64,000 bases of DNA, from contig CM068769.1 in the NCBI GenBank assembly GCA_035084275.1, positions 1,302,001-1,366,000 on the forward strand, read 5' to 3'. This document shows positions 35,401 through 48,873 of the stretch, in pieces; within the stretch, counting starts at the first letter, position 1; each line of letters starts with the position of its first letter. The DNA comes from Hydrolagus colliei (taxonomy: Eukaryota). Both the position numbers and the translations under genes were made by a program. Below the pieces are notes generated by a model that worked only from the letters and a program-made list of their open reading frames with translations, was not told where the DNA came from and searched no databases.

Positions 35401-37920
35401 GTATTAGTGCTCTGAAACAATTTAAGAATCTTATTATGGATGCCGGGCGTGGGATATCGTTGACCTGTACCCCTGGAGAAACTACCTTGTATTTTCGCAA
35501 AATGTAGCTGGATTTATAAAACTCCATCTGAAGAGAGGAAACGTGGATCTCGGGTTTACATTTCATCGAAATGAATAAACATTCAATAATAAAACACCAT
35601 TCCGATACTGCATTGCATTGTGAGCCTGGTGTGTATTCGTACTGTGTCCTAGCCAGAAATTGGTTGACATGTAACTATGAGGCAGGAATACTTTCAAATC
35701 TACCTGGCTTATACTCAGAATGACAGAAACGTTCAATATCAATTAATATCCTACCATTTCAATGTTAAAAACATATCGCGTTTTATTTCGTGGTATAATT
35801 GAACGTAGAATAAAGCTTGGGATTTGCCTCAGGTCTGAACATATCCCAGCGTCTCAAACTGTTTCATCAGCTTTCGCTGCAAAGTAAAACGAAGGTAGGT
35901 GAGCAATGGTAATAATAAAAATGAAATGGTAAATGTGATTCTAGGCATCAACTCCCTTCCGTTTTCCAGTGTCCACTTGAAAATGCAGATGGGAACATTT
36001 TTTTCCATGTGTCAAAATAATGTTTGCCTCTCTAACACTGCAGCTCTTAAAAACATTATGATATTAACTTTGATTCTTGCGTCAATATCCCAGCTATCAT
36101 CTTGAACTGACAATTATCTGAGTTAAAATTCAGAGTTGGTTTTCAGGCAGATGGTTAACATGGAGCGGAAATACAACAAATAGTTCCACATAAACGCAAC
36201 ACAAAAGGAGATTGATAAATATCTAAATTACAATGCCACGTCTCTCCACCGATCTTTGTACCTGATTTACCAACCATTGAATTTTGCAAGGGTTTGGCAG
36301 TGGGTAGAAGATTGTGAAGGATTGCTGATGTCACGATCAGCGTTGTGTGGTATTACTGGACATTGGGCAACTAAAACAGTATTTGTAAATCAATAATACT
36401 TTCTCGCCAGCTTTGTAGCTACTTTTCCAGCTAAGACCATAATAATCGTAAAGCGTTTGGCATTCAGTTATATCAATCACAAGTAAGAACAAAATGTGAG
36501 ATTTAAAGCGCGTCTTTGATGTCAGGTGAATGACTCGAAACGCGGAACATCCAGGGACAGAGATCCAAGTATAGGCGAGCAAAGGGTTAGGGGGGAGAGA
36601 CGTGGGAAGTCGGCTGAAGGCACAATCGAAAGGGGGGGGCTTGAATACGGCCTAGAAGGAGTAAAGGATGGACGTGAGGCGAAGGAACTGTGGAAGACAT
36701 TTCCGCAGTATAGGGTCTGAGAAGAAAAACCCGTCCACCGATGGTCTGGCCGGTCGAGGGGAGAATATGGATCAGGCAGACGGCCCGCTGAACGGAGCGA
36801 AACGGGAAGTTTGTTTGTGAGTCAGCAGGTTGGAGAGATTCAATGGGGCAAGGTGGTGGGTGGCCTTGAAAATTAGGACGATAATCTTGAATTCGAATAA
36901 TTTTAAAAGGAGTTGAGATGGAACAATCATTTTACCAATGGCATTATTTTTCCAATTGATGAGCCATGTCGGCTTGCTGATGACTAACTATGTACGGGAG
37001 TATGATATCCCTGATGATCGAGACTGTGGAACATGGTTCAGGAATTTGATTACCAAAACCGCCAGTACATGAACCTGGTTCTAAATCTATTTCACACGCT
37101 TTACTCATTGGAAAGAGCTCAGTTAATGGAGATCTCGATCACACTGTGGACACCCGCCGCAACGAATGGTTAAATGCTGCGAACAGAGATTCTTCCCTCT
37201 CAGCGCATGTTATCGCTGTAAGACACAGAATCTCGAGATTCACAACATATTAAAAATATACAACGGATCGGCGAATGTTATATTGATGCAAATATTATAA
37301 TAGCTCACCAGCAACTCCAATTATTGCAAGCATGGGGTAGTAAATTGCTTCAACATTACAAATGGTTAAATATGCCATGAATTGAAGCAGTTAGTTGCTT
37401 CTGCGTTTATTATTTAGGGAAGGCTTCTACGAATATACTGATATAACAATTTGATGAGAAGTTGTTTTATTAAAACAGCTAACCTCCAGGGAGGAATTAA
37501 TTGGTTTCATCATTGATGTCATTTTACAGTCAGTGAACAAAAATTTTCTACTGGAAATCAGCTCTACGATATCTGATAACTAACATGAGAAAAAACTGAA
37601 TTTTTTGTCTGATTTGTAAGCTTTCGTTTACGAGCAACCACGTGTAGTTTTCTTTTGATAACTGAAATCCATTATTTTTTGGTCCATTGTTTTTTATTCG
37701 TGAAAATTTGTGTTCGATTTTAAGACTGGAATACATTACTTAAACATTCTGTGAAGTTCGACAGTGGACAACGAGTCGATGCAGGTTTCTGCATAGAAGT
37801 ATTCAGTTATATGAAGGAAATACGTTTGTTGGGGTACGAGATTGGCGTTCCAATAACAGACGGAATTCTGTATAGCATTAAAGGAGTTATTCAAATACAT
37901 CGAGCAGCAGTACCTCGAAT

Positions 37921-38412
37921 CAATCAACCAATCAAACAAGCAACCAAACAACCAGTCAACCAANNNNNNNNNNNNNNNNNNNNNNNNNNNNNNNNNNNNN
38001 NNNNNNNNNNNNNNNNNNNNNNNNNNNNNNNNNNNNNNNNNNNNNNNNNNNNNNNNNNNNNNNNNNNNNNNNNNNNNNNNNNNNNNNNNNNNNCGTCCGT
38101 CCGTCCGTCGACTCGTCCATCCGTCCATCCGTTCAAGCTTGCATCCGTCAGTCCGTCCGTACTTCCGTCCGTCCGTCCGTCCGTCCATGCTTCCGTCCGT
38201 CCGTCCATGCTTCCGTCCATGCTTCCGTCCGTCCGTCCATGCTTCCGTCCATGCTTCCGTCCATGCTTCCGTCCGTCCATCCGTCCGTCCGTCCGTCAGT
38301 CCCTCCCTCCCTCCCTCCCTCCCACCCTCCCTCCCTCCGTCCCTCCGTCCCTCCGTCCGTCCCTCCGTCCCTCCGTCCATCCGTCCATCCATCCATCCAT
38401 CCATCCATCCGT
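37921..38412. repeat. Compound tetranucleotide microsatellite (CAAC/TCCG/TCCA/TCCC) around an assembly gap
   Basis: Direct inspection. N gap at about 37964-38093. Confidence 0.9.
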
Positions 38413-38759
38413 ACACCAATCGGTCAAACGTTCAATCGGGCAATCAGCAATTGTTTAATCGGTCAATCGGTCACTCCTTTAAAAACGTGTTCGTGCTTCG
38501 TCTTGATGACAACATCCGTAAACATATAACGAAATTCCACATGTGAACAGATGGACACAAATCTGTCTTTCTGCCTCCACATTTCTCTCGAAGACGACTC
38601 ATATCCACATAGGTTGGTTACCTGTTTTACATCAAGTGGTGGATGGGAGCTAACATTCTCCAGATGAACGTCAAGCGAAACGTTGTCTCCTACATTGTTC
38701 CCGCCATGTCCTCCTACTGATGCTACATCAACTATCATGGAAGCACTTTTCACCTCACG

Positions 38760-40210
38760 GAGCAAATCAAAAAACTCAGCGTCGTGTTCAACTCTTAACT
38801 GTCCTTCATCTCCGACATCTGTGTTCTGACCCGTTCCCTCCACTTTTCCCCACCTTCATAACGTTAACTTTCTCATGCCGTGTCTCTCACCATGAGTCGC
38901 CAAGACACTTTTCCCTACTAACGTTTTACACCCCGACTCGACTGCATACATTCCCTTCTTCTCGGAATCTACTCCCTCGACAGACTGCAGATAATCCAAA
39001 AATCTGCAGCCCATGTCCTTTCCCGCACTTGCCTCTGCGACCCTATCAACTCCATCATTGACTTTGCCACTGATTTCCAATCAATCTGTGAATACAGTTC
39101 AAAATACTGGTCATCACCTTCAAAGAAAGCTTTGCTCCATCATTTTTCTGTAATCTATAGACTACCACCTTCCGATTCCCTCTGTTGATTGAGGTCCAGC
39201 CAGCTTCAATGTCCTTGGTTCACCTGCCCCGCTAATTTCAGCCAATCTGGGCCCACGCTCTGGCACTCCATATTACATTCATTCAGCATCGTAGCAAGCC
39301 CTGCTTCGTTCAAAACACAGTTTCAGACCTTTGTTCCACGACGATGCCTTCAGCTACTTCTTAACTCTACCAGCACCCACGCCCACCATGTTGCCAACCA
39401 CCATCTGAGTTTCACATCCACGTCTGTCACTTCGTGAGATCCTCCTGAAGTAAAAGCCGCAAAACAAATATAATATTTATTTTTTGTCTGCGTTTGTTGA
39501 ACAATATTCTGAAAACAATCGACAGACACTCGAGTCTTGCAAACGACATGACCTGGAATCGATTCCAGCAGAATTAACTGTTGGTAATGTTTCCTAACTC
39601 CTCACGCCTTTGATTATCAGCATTAGGTAGCAGCGTTGTTCAGCGGAGTTATTTTAGGGATAATAAAATAACATAAAAGTAATTTGCCTACTCAATGTAT
39701 ACGGACACTGCTGTGTCACGTTTCGCCCAAGAAATAAAAAGCCAATTGACTTTATAGCATATTCTGCGAAGCGATTTGCTATAAAGTCAATTGCCAGACT
39801 TCACTGGCTCCTTGTCCCAGATAAGAACGACTTCAAGATCCTCACCCTTGTCTTCACATCAAACAAATCCTCTACACCCCCTACCTTTCTAACCTCTTCT
39901 CTCCTCAAACCAGCTCCACTTGCCTTCGCTCCACCATGTCTGAGTTCCTCCATGTCCCCCTGAATCCTCCGTTCCACCGTCGGTGGCCGTGCCTTCAACT
40001 ACTATGCCCCGAGGATTTGGAATTCCCTTCCTCACTACCTTCGCCACGTCCCCTCTTTTCTCAGCGTCAGATGCCATCAGAATATCTTTCTCTTCGACTA
40101 CGCCTTTGGTCACCATTCTAATCCTGCCGCTGCATCGTTCCCAGGATCCATTATTATGAAGCTGTCTGAGACGCCGTCCGTCGAGGAGAGCGCTATATAA
40201 ATCGAAGATG
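38760..40210 (+). mobile_element. Decayed L2 LINE fragments with SINE tail remnant
   Basis: CAGACTGCAGATAATCCAAAAATCTGCAGCCC, CACTGGCTCCTTGTCCC and GGCCGTGCCTTCAAC segments typical of the L2 3' region, with a tail at about 40160-40210. Confidence 0.65.
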
Positions 40211-41099
40211 TTTTTGTTGCTTTTGGTTTTGATTCACCGAATATACTGTAAAGTGAATTGACAGTATATTTATGGGTGAAATGCGTCAATCAGTAGCACA
40301 CAGCAGTATCCCCACAAACAGTCCTGAATTTAAATGATCGATTTTTATAGTTTTTTGATCGGAATATAATGGGTCGTGTGGAGAAATGAAACATGCTCAT
40401 GGTTACTCCTTGACCAGGCTAAATTAGAAACATATATCTCATATTTTCTAAACGAGTGCTCTAACCCACCGAGTTAAAGAACTCCACATCTGAATTCGTG
40501 AAAAGCTTTATATCAAACGGAAAGATTACTGTTATTATAATTGTTTACTGGGGAGAATTAATCCAGCGTTTACCACATCTTACATTTACACATCAAACAT
40601 GTGGTAACGTCTGGGAGCGCTTGATAATTGAGGAGATTGAAACGCAGACACTGGGAGGTGAATGTAAACTTGAACAAATGGGAACGTCTTCGGGTGGGAT
40701 TTGAGTGAAGGTGTACACCGGAGTGATTGAATGAGAGTGTTTCAGAGCCGCTGAGTGTGCTGGCTGCGAGGTGTACTGAAAACAATGGGTGGATGTCACA
40801 GGGTATAAGCAGGAGGCTGGAGCCAGGCGACCTGACGGAAAGGGTGAAGGAGAATGGGTTCGCCAGGATCCAGGTTAAAATGTGTGAGTTGCCAAGTTAT
40901 CTCGCATGCTGCTTCTTTGGTGCACCAGGATCTCATTGATCCGATCATTCACCACACCACTATCTCAACCTTTAGTTATCCAACGTTACCGGCACTTGCA
41001 TTCCTGCGACGGCCCACCGAAGTGAAAGGCGCTCTTTCAAAATGAAATTTTGATGCTGTTGTAGTACCTGTTTAAACTTCCTCGCCAACTGTCCACTCT

Positions 41100-41500
41100 G
41101 GATTAGCCTACAATATATCCACTCCTTCTGCAATAAAACTCGCTCTATCCAATGACTTATTGAGATGAAAACATCAAACGTTTCCTCATCACGAAAACCT
41201 GGGTCGCTCCAGGCGCCAGCTTTGCGACTGACAGAAGCCACACCTTCCATCATACCTCACTGGCGAATCGCCATGGCGGAAGTGCAGCTCCTAACGGCCT
41301 GGCCCCTCTTGACCTATCCCGGGAATGCTCTGCCATCATTCCTTCCTTTGTGCAACGCTCAAACGTATATCACAAAATTAACCACATCTATCGCACCACC
41401 AAGACCTCCTCCAAATTATTCCCCTCCAAGCGTGTTCAGAGCACCTTAAACTTCCACTACGAATGCCATCCTGATCTACCTCTGCAAACTATTCTCCCTC
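41100..41500 (+). mobile_element. Decayed L2/CR1 endonuclease-domain fragment
   Basis: Degenerate ITKTW (TETW-like), RHGG and IYR motifs across shifting frames. Confidence 0.5.
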
Positions 41501-42249
41501 CTTTTCTCCCTGAAACGTTCTCACCAAATCCACTATCTAAGAAAAAATGACTGCCAATCAATTAATAATCGGATTTCTATTTACTGCTGATATAAAGATA
41601 GTTCGTGTGGAATAAGGAAAATTGCCGAATGTTTCACACTGCTGGGCATCCATGGTTCTCTCGCTTACTAGCTGAGCGTTATTTCAACTTCAATGTTTTT
41701 TTTTTCCTACAGTGGGTACCTCTCCCGGAGAGGTTAACGCCCTCAACTGGCAGACGAGACGACATGAGTACAAATCCTGAGCGGAATGAAACTTGAACAA
41801 CTTTTCTAACCTAATTTGCCTCTGGCTTCCCACAAAGAAGTCGGAATAATGTGGTTACATTATCTTTGAGCGCTCAGCGATGCCAAAATGACATCGAAAA
41901 TGGTTGTATAAACCTAACGATTATTTGCATTTCGTTCCATGTACATATTCTTCATTTTGTACTCCATGCAATATTATTTTCTGAAAGCAATACTAATTAT
42001 CTTGTGTTCGAAAAAATCAATACTTCCTGGTTTCTCCATCGCCCAAGGTAACTTACTCCAAACATTTACCACTCGGTCCCTGTAACAGTGTTTCGGCATA
42101 TTATATTTGGATTCACCCCCCGGAGTTTAATAGCAGAATGTTAACCCTTACATTCTTCGTGATTTTACTAACCGCCTTTACAGTTTGCCAACCTGAATCA
42201 GAACTTGTTTCAAACTTCCCAACTCAACAGATTTTAGATCAGTTGTATC

Positions 42250-42605
42250 ATAATAATAATGCTTGCTTTTCATATAGCGCTTTTCACATCGTATCGACTT
42301 CCCATTGCGCTTCACCGAATATATATTAAAATGAATTAACTGTACATATTTGTGTGCGAATCAAGGCAGCCAATTGCGCACCGCTCTGTTCCACAAACAG
42401 TCGTGGATTGAAATGACCCATTTTATTTTTTTCGATTTTTTTTGCAGGAGGAATATTGTTAGGCGTGTGGAGTAAGGAAACTTGCGCAAGGTTTCGTTCT
42501 GATCTGCGTGGATTCGAACAAAGGTCTCCCCACCTTCGTCGCGCCATCTTGGTATTCCCATCTTGCAAGTGAAGTGCTCTAACAACTGAGCCAAAGAAGC
42601 TCCAC
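42250..42605 (-). mobile_element. tRNA-derived Deu-domain SINE with triplicated 14-nt head unit
   Basis: GGCTCAGTTGTTAGAGC ... GTTCGAATCC head, GCAAGTTTCCTTACTCC core, Deu motif and tail. Confidence 0.85.
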
Positions 42606-43439
42606 AAGTGGTAACCAAGAGTTTCTCGACATGTAACCACCCTTAATGCATGAGAGAAAGATGATGATTAACACAAAGAGACAAAGTGGGAATGAGGCTG
42701 ATGTATGTATCTATTACCAGGTACTCCGATAACTGCGAGAATTGGATAGTAAATAGCTTCAACTTCTACACTTCTTGGATTCCCCATGTTTGAGTGAGTA
42801 AAGTGTGTCTATCTCTGTGAATCACACGGTCGCCGACAATCAGAAGGTACATTTTAGTGCGTTACTATTTATAGAGAAGATACTTGGCTCTGGGGACACC
42901 TAGGTAAAGGATATCATTGTCGATTTCATTAACCATGCTTGTTTGAACACCACGTCTAAAATAGTATCAAATAATAAGCTAAGAATAAACTAAGTTTGAA
43001 GTAGCACCTTCTCACGTCAACATTACTTGCTTCATTCGCACACTGTACTGTGAAATTAATCGTCTGTATATTTCGTGAGCGAATCGCGACAGCATTTCTA
43101 TCACAGGTGTCCCACTAATAGCCGTTGATTGATTGACTTATTTATGATTACTATTTATCTGATAACATTTCCTTCCTTATGCAGTCCGACAATAGACTAA
43201 CATACGCTTTGCTACTTACTGCGAGATAAACAAATGCGCGAAGTGGAAAGAAACTTGAGGGAGAATCAAACCCAGTTTTCTGGCTTGTCAGAAGACTGCT
43301 CCAACTTTTGAGCTGTGGCACTCAATACATTATTATGATATGCATACAATACATACACAACTTCTAGCACTAGGCGGTGACTTGAAGATGGAGCACAAAA
43401 GGAGAAGGGGCATGGATAAATAGAGATTTTTCAGAGTTT

Positions 43440-44030
43440 CGTTATTCATTCGCTGTACGTGCGGCCACCATTTGCGGAAAACATAGATCGAGACACTGCA
43501 AAAGGCCATAGGTAGCCAAATCGACAGAAATATAAAGAAAAATATCAGTGCATAGAGGTAATTGTAAATTTCTCCTCAGCTCCCCTCTGCTTCGTTGTAA
43601 AACTATATTAAATCTGTGACCACGATTCACAGATTCGTCCACCAGTGGAAACAGTTTTTTCCTTATTCATCATGTCGAATCCACTCATGATTTTATGAAC
43701 CTATATCACGTGTCCTTTCAACCTTCTCTGTTCCAAAGTGAATAAACCTAGCCTTTCTATTCTTCCCCATAACCGTAGTCCCTGAATCCTGGTGTCATTC
43801 TAGTAAGCCTGCGTTGTACCCTTTCCAATGCTTTAACTTCCGTCCTATATTGTGGTGACCAGAATTGAACACAGTACTCCAGCTGTGGACTAAACAAAGT
43901 TTTACAATGTTTAGTCAGCACTTCCTGACTTTTGTACTCTATAACCCTATCTATAAACCCCAGTATCCCATATGCCTTCTTAACGGCTTTGTCTACCTGT
44001 CCTCCCACCTTCAAAGAGTCCACGAAATAA
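43440..44030 (-). mobile_element. CR1 LINE ORF2 3' fragment
   Basis: QVDKAVKKAYGILGFIDR...PQLEYCVQFWSPQY...LERVQRRLTRM and NRGHRF...SRGELRRN. Confidence 0.88.
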
Positions 44031-46929
44031 ATAAGACAAATGTCAGAGCACACATGTATTCGGAAACGAGTGTGAGGAAATGATGAATGCCTCGTTGAGT
44101 TGGTAATCGTAAAAATAGAGGATATGGAGGAAAACACAGAAATGTGTGCAAAATAGTGGAGCCTCATCCCATCCTTTAATAATGAAGAGCTGATCCGTAT
44201 CTCAACTGCAATTAGCCAACCTCTCTAGTATCCCTCCATGAACTTACGTAACGCTCACCTAACATAAACACCGGGAATCTCCGGTAACGCCCAGCAGTCC
44301 AGGTAGCATCTGTAATGCAAAGCAACCGTGTGAGCATTTTGTATCCATCACATTGTGTCAGAATTGTGGCATGTTGGGAGTGAGATGCTTTTCAGGAATC
44401 AAACTGGTGATGGGATTCAGGACACCGAAGGCAACGGGGATAGTTGGATAGAGAACGGAGGATGCTGTTTAGAGAGACGATTGTGCTGTGAAACAAAACT
44501 GCAGATGATGGGGTGGAGGTTCGGTGGGTTGCAACATAAAAATGAGAGAAGAACTGCTGAAAATGCAAAATAAAGATGTGGGAGGAATTGCAACAGAATA
44601 GGCAGATCAGAGAGAGAAAATCTGTTTGCCCGAAAAGATTGATGTCGTAATGAGCAAAGAAGAGTGAGTGAGGATAGTGAGCTATTCTGGTCTGAAATTG
44701 TACAGATCAATATTTGAGACGCGAGGGCTGTACATCTGTGCATTCGAGTGTTGAAGAAGTTATTAGCCTTTGCAACCACAGCATTTTTGGGCAGAAGGTT
44801 CCAAACCTCCAACTACTTTGGGTGAATAGCTAGCTAGCAACCTGATTCAAATGTGTCCAAGCTATAATTTTCAGATAGGTTTCCAAAATCTCAACCAACT
44901 GACCACTCAGCACTTTAATCTCAATGGAGTAGAGGCGTGTTTCAAAATGTATCCCTGTTCGATACTAATTATTAGGATCCTAACTATTCTGGTGTGGATT
45001 TGGTATCCCCACAGCAGAGCCAATGTATCCTTCCTGAGGAACGATAGTCATAAATGACCTATAATAGTTCGGGTGTATCGAACGCTCAACTTTAAAATTT
45101 AAACATACTTTTCTTTGGTTTACATTCCGTTTTGCTTGAGTTGAAGGGCACATGCCATTTATTATTTTTATACCTTTCTCTAATTCTGAACATGTTTCTT
45201 ACATTTGCGTACGTGGATACCCAAATTCATTTCATCTTAGACAGCTCATGGTTTCTCACCAAGTTGAAAATATTTTGTATTGCTATTTTGGGACACGTAG
45301 TGGATATGACCTGATCTCCACCTTGAATTACTTTCCCCCTAGTTTCGCCCACTCCATTAATCTATCTAATACACTTTGTATCTGTGCACTCTCCTCTACA
45401 TGATAAACCGTGTCACCAGGGAAAACTTGTCAGTTGCAATTGTACCTCCGATTCCCAGCTCTTTTGCTCCTGCTAAAAAATAGTTGAGTGGAAAGGCGTC
45501 CAATTGCTTTCTGTAGCCCATGTTGACGGCAACCACAGACGTTCTCTGATTCACCATGATTGTGGGATCGTTCTATGTTGAATGTTCCAATTTCAATAGT
45601 CATGCATTACCCACACATTTTACAAATCCGTGTTTACTCTCTTTGATTACGTTCCTATTTGTCCAGATGGTTGTGACATGGTAGAGATTTAGTAACTGAA
45701 GATACGATAACAGATCTATTCTGTCGGTAAAGATTCAGTAAAGATTTTCGGTGTACGACCATTCGTCAGAGCTAAAAATATGGATTTATCTCTGTCGAAG
45801 GATCGTGATCCAGTAAGATAGGTTCAAATTGATTAAATGTTGATATTGAAGAATATTTTGAAAATGACAACCAATCAATCAATCAAAACTTTCATTTATG
45901 TAGCTCCTATTCAAATCGACAGGACGTTCCAAGGCGCTGTATAGTTAGACAAGAGCAGTGGTTTGGGTCGTGTTGTCGAGGCAGAATGAAGAATAGGAAA
46001 ATATTTGACTATAATTGTGGGCTAATTACGGCAGGCAAACTGCGCAAAGCAGTGTCCCACGAACAGTTATGGAAGTGGGGCCAGTGGAAAAGGTTGGGCA
46101 AAGATGGCAAGAGAAGGAATCGGAGCAGGGGGAAGGAGAACAGGAAAGGCGACTGGACATTTGTGGGCGAAATGATCTTTTGTTACTGATTCCAAGATAT
46201 TTGGAATATTAGCAGTAAATGCATCACAATTGCCATCAACGGTGTCAGAACTCATGACCATGACCAGCGGGATACTAGATGTCGTGTGTTGGGATAATAG
46301 TGAGTGAAGAGAAGGAAGCATTGAAAGGCAACCAAAGGAACAAATTAACTGTACTGTGTTGAGAAGTTATGTGAAGGCGGCAAGAATGAAAATGAGACGA
46401 ATGGAATAAAGATCCAAAGTTTGAGGTCTAAAAGCCTGACGGTCTCATTGGCGATCTGGGAGGTTGACGTTGATCAGGCCATATAAAACTGATTGAACAG
46501 CGTCGAAAGATTGCTGAACGGCGATCAGGCTTTGTCACGCATGGTTTCTCATTTGTTAAGCCACGTTGATTCTGTCTTCTCATGGCTTGGTCTTCTAGAT
46601 ACCACTTATGTCAGGAAGGCACAAGGATTGAATGGATTTGAAGGCGAGGATGGGATTTATCTCTGTCCTATGTTGGATGGCATTGCCAAGGACGTGGAAT
46701 GATGTGGACACAGAATCTTACCCGAACAAAAAGAAACGTATCAACGTCTGTATTGAATATTGTCAAGCACTGAGCATGTAAAGCCTTCTCTGAGAATCCC
46801 ATAAATTCACTGCCGTAAGAGGGAAACAGCGTTTGATCAACTCTGTGCGAGAAGGCCGACGCCTAATCCTAGTAATATAAACCCATGGTGATAGTTTCTC
46901 CAAGCAGTGCAAACAGCACTTAAATGCCA

Positions 46930-48170
46930 TGCCCCTTAATAATATTATAGGTTTCTATAAGATCACCTATACTTGTTAGACATTCTGGATAATATAGGCC
47001 GAGTTTAGTCAATCTATCCTCATACCACATTCGCCTCATCCCGTATTCCAACCCAGTGAATCTATGCTGCCCCGCCCTTGAAGGCGAGGACATCCTATCT
47101 TAAATAAGGTGACGAAAACTGCACACTAACTTCCAGGTGCGGTTTAATCAGGTCCCGATAAAGCTGCAGCAAGACTTCCCTACTCTAGTATTCTAACACT
47201 TTTGTAATGAACGCAAACATGCTTTTAGTCTTCCTAGTTGCTTGCTGTACCTGCAAGTTAACTTTTGCGACTGGTGTACAAGGACACCCAAATCCCGCTA
47301 AACACGAGAGTTTCGAAGAAAACGATCCCTTCCAAGAAAATAAGCCGCTTTTGAGATTTGGTTACCTATGTGAATAACTTCACACTTCCCAACATCAGAT
47401 ACAATCTGCCACCTTCTTGCCCACTCACACAGCCTATCCATATCGCATTGGAATTATTTTCTGTCATCCTCGGACTTTGGCTCCCTCATATCTTTTCATC
47501 ATGCGCGAATTTAGCTATTATAATTTCTAAGCCCTTGTCCTGATCGTTTATATAGACGTCAAATATTTGAGGCCCAATTACTGTGTTACTCCACTAAGTA
47601 CACACTGCTAAATTAATAAAGGACCCTTTTATCCCTACTCTCTACTCTACTGCCCGTTATCCACGCTTCGATCCATGGCAACATATTGCCTTTATTTCCA
47701 TGCTATTTAAGGTTGTTCATCATCCTTTTATGTTGCATGTTGTCGAGCATTTTTGGAAATCTGAATACACTACGTAATAATCCTTGCATTTGAGCAACTA
47801 CATCTACTGGTTCTCCACTACAGATCCAGCTCGTTACCTTCTTTGTCAAGCCTGACATCTCCTTTCTAAAGCCTTTGTTGACTCTGTCATGTCATAATAT
47901 GGTCTTCCAAGCTCCACAGAAATACGCCCCTATTAAAGGATTACAGAATTTTCGCTCCCACTGTTGTCGGTCTAACTAGTCTATAGCTCTCCATTTGCTC
48001 TCCCCCAACTTTCTTAAATATTTGTGTAACGTTTGCGATCTTCCAATCAACGTAAACTGTTCCAGATTCAAGAGAATTCTGGAAGCCAAAGGAGCCACCT
48101 CTTTAAGAACAGTGGATGTAGGTCATTAGCACTGAATATTCTCTAGTTCTTTGCTGTGTGTTAAGAAAAC
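46930..48170 (-). mobile_element. Decayed CR1 LINE fragment (RT to 3' region)
   Basis: Minus-strand CR1-like sequence, e.g. plus-strand GAAAACTGCACACTAACTTCCAGGTGCGG, CATCAGATACAATCTGCC and GTCGAGCATTTTTGGAAATC. Boundaries approximate. Confidence 0.65.
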
Positions 48171-48873
48171 CACAATAATAGTTCTGCCAATCCATTGCCC
48201 ATTTTAAATGTTACATGCATGCAGCGTAGTATTTTCGGACACGCTCTCAAGTCTGCCTGTGCCTTCCTCTGTCTGTCCCCTCTCTCTAACTGTCCCCTCT
48301 CTCAATATCTCCCCCACCCTTCAAGTCGTCGCCTCCTTCCCNNNNNNNNNNNNNNNNNNNNNNNNNNNNNNNNNNNNNNNNNNNNNNNNNNNNNNNNNNN
48401 NNNNNNNNNNNNNNNNNNNNNNNNNNNNNNNNNNNNNNNNNNNNNNNNNNNNNNNNNNNNNNNNNNNNNNNNNNNNNTCTTCCCTCCCTCCCTCCATGCA
48501 TCCCTCCCTGCCTCCCTCCCTGACTTGCCTGGATTCGAACATTGGTCTCACGCTTGTAATGCGAGCGCTCAAACCACTGAGCTACAGGGGCTTCACAAGC
48601 GTGGGATACGACGGGAATGGATGTCAGCATTAATGGTACACTGGGCTGCACCCCCCCAACACCAAATTAAATCCTCGAGGTAAATGGCATAGCACAGGTT
48701 TAGTAACTGTTTTGCACACGGATCAAATTAATCGACGACCCCGTGGTACCATTGCTCAACAAAGCGCTCCTTGTTGATTTATATAAGAACCCGTTTGAGA
48801 CTTTCCAGCATCGTCTTTCAGCCGTCAGCTGCTGCCTCTGCCGAGAGAAGACGTAATACTTTCCTATTTGAAG

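Larger units (their letters stand above)
33523..37378 (-). pseudogene. GPR139-like 7TM receptor paralogue G3 (pseudogene)
   Basis: Exon 1 37378-37309 (70 nt, MAYLTICNVEAIYYPMLAIIGVA+G, donor GTGAG). Exon 2 from 34429 (VNLMATLILSRGNCGLSKGIT...FTFYRFVAICG) has a frameshift near 34050, a TAA at 33913-33911, further frameshifts in TM7, and the tail NFTEELKNVVKYPF with a stop at 33525-33523. Confidence 0.9.
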
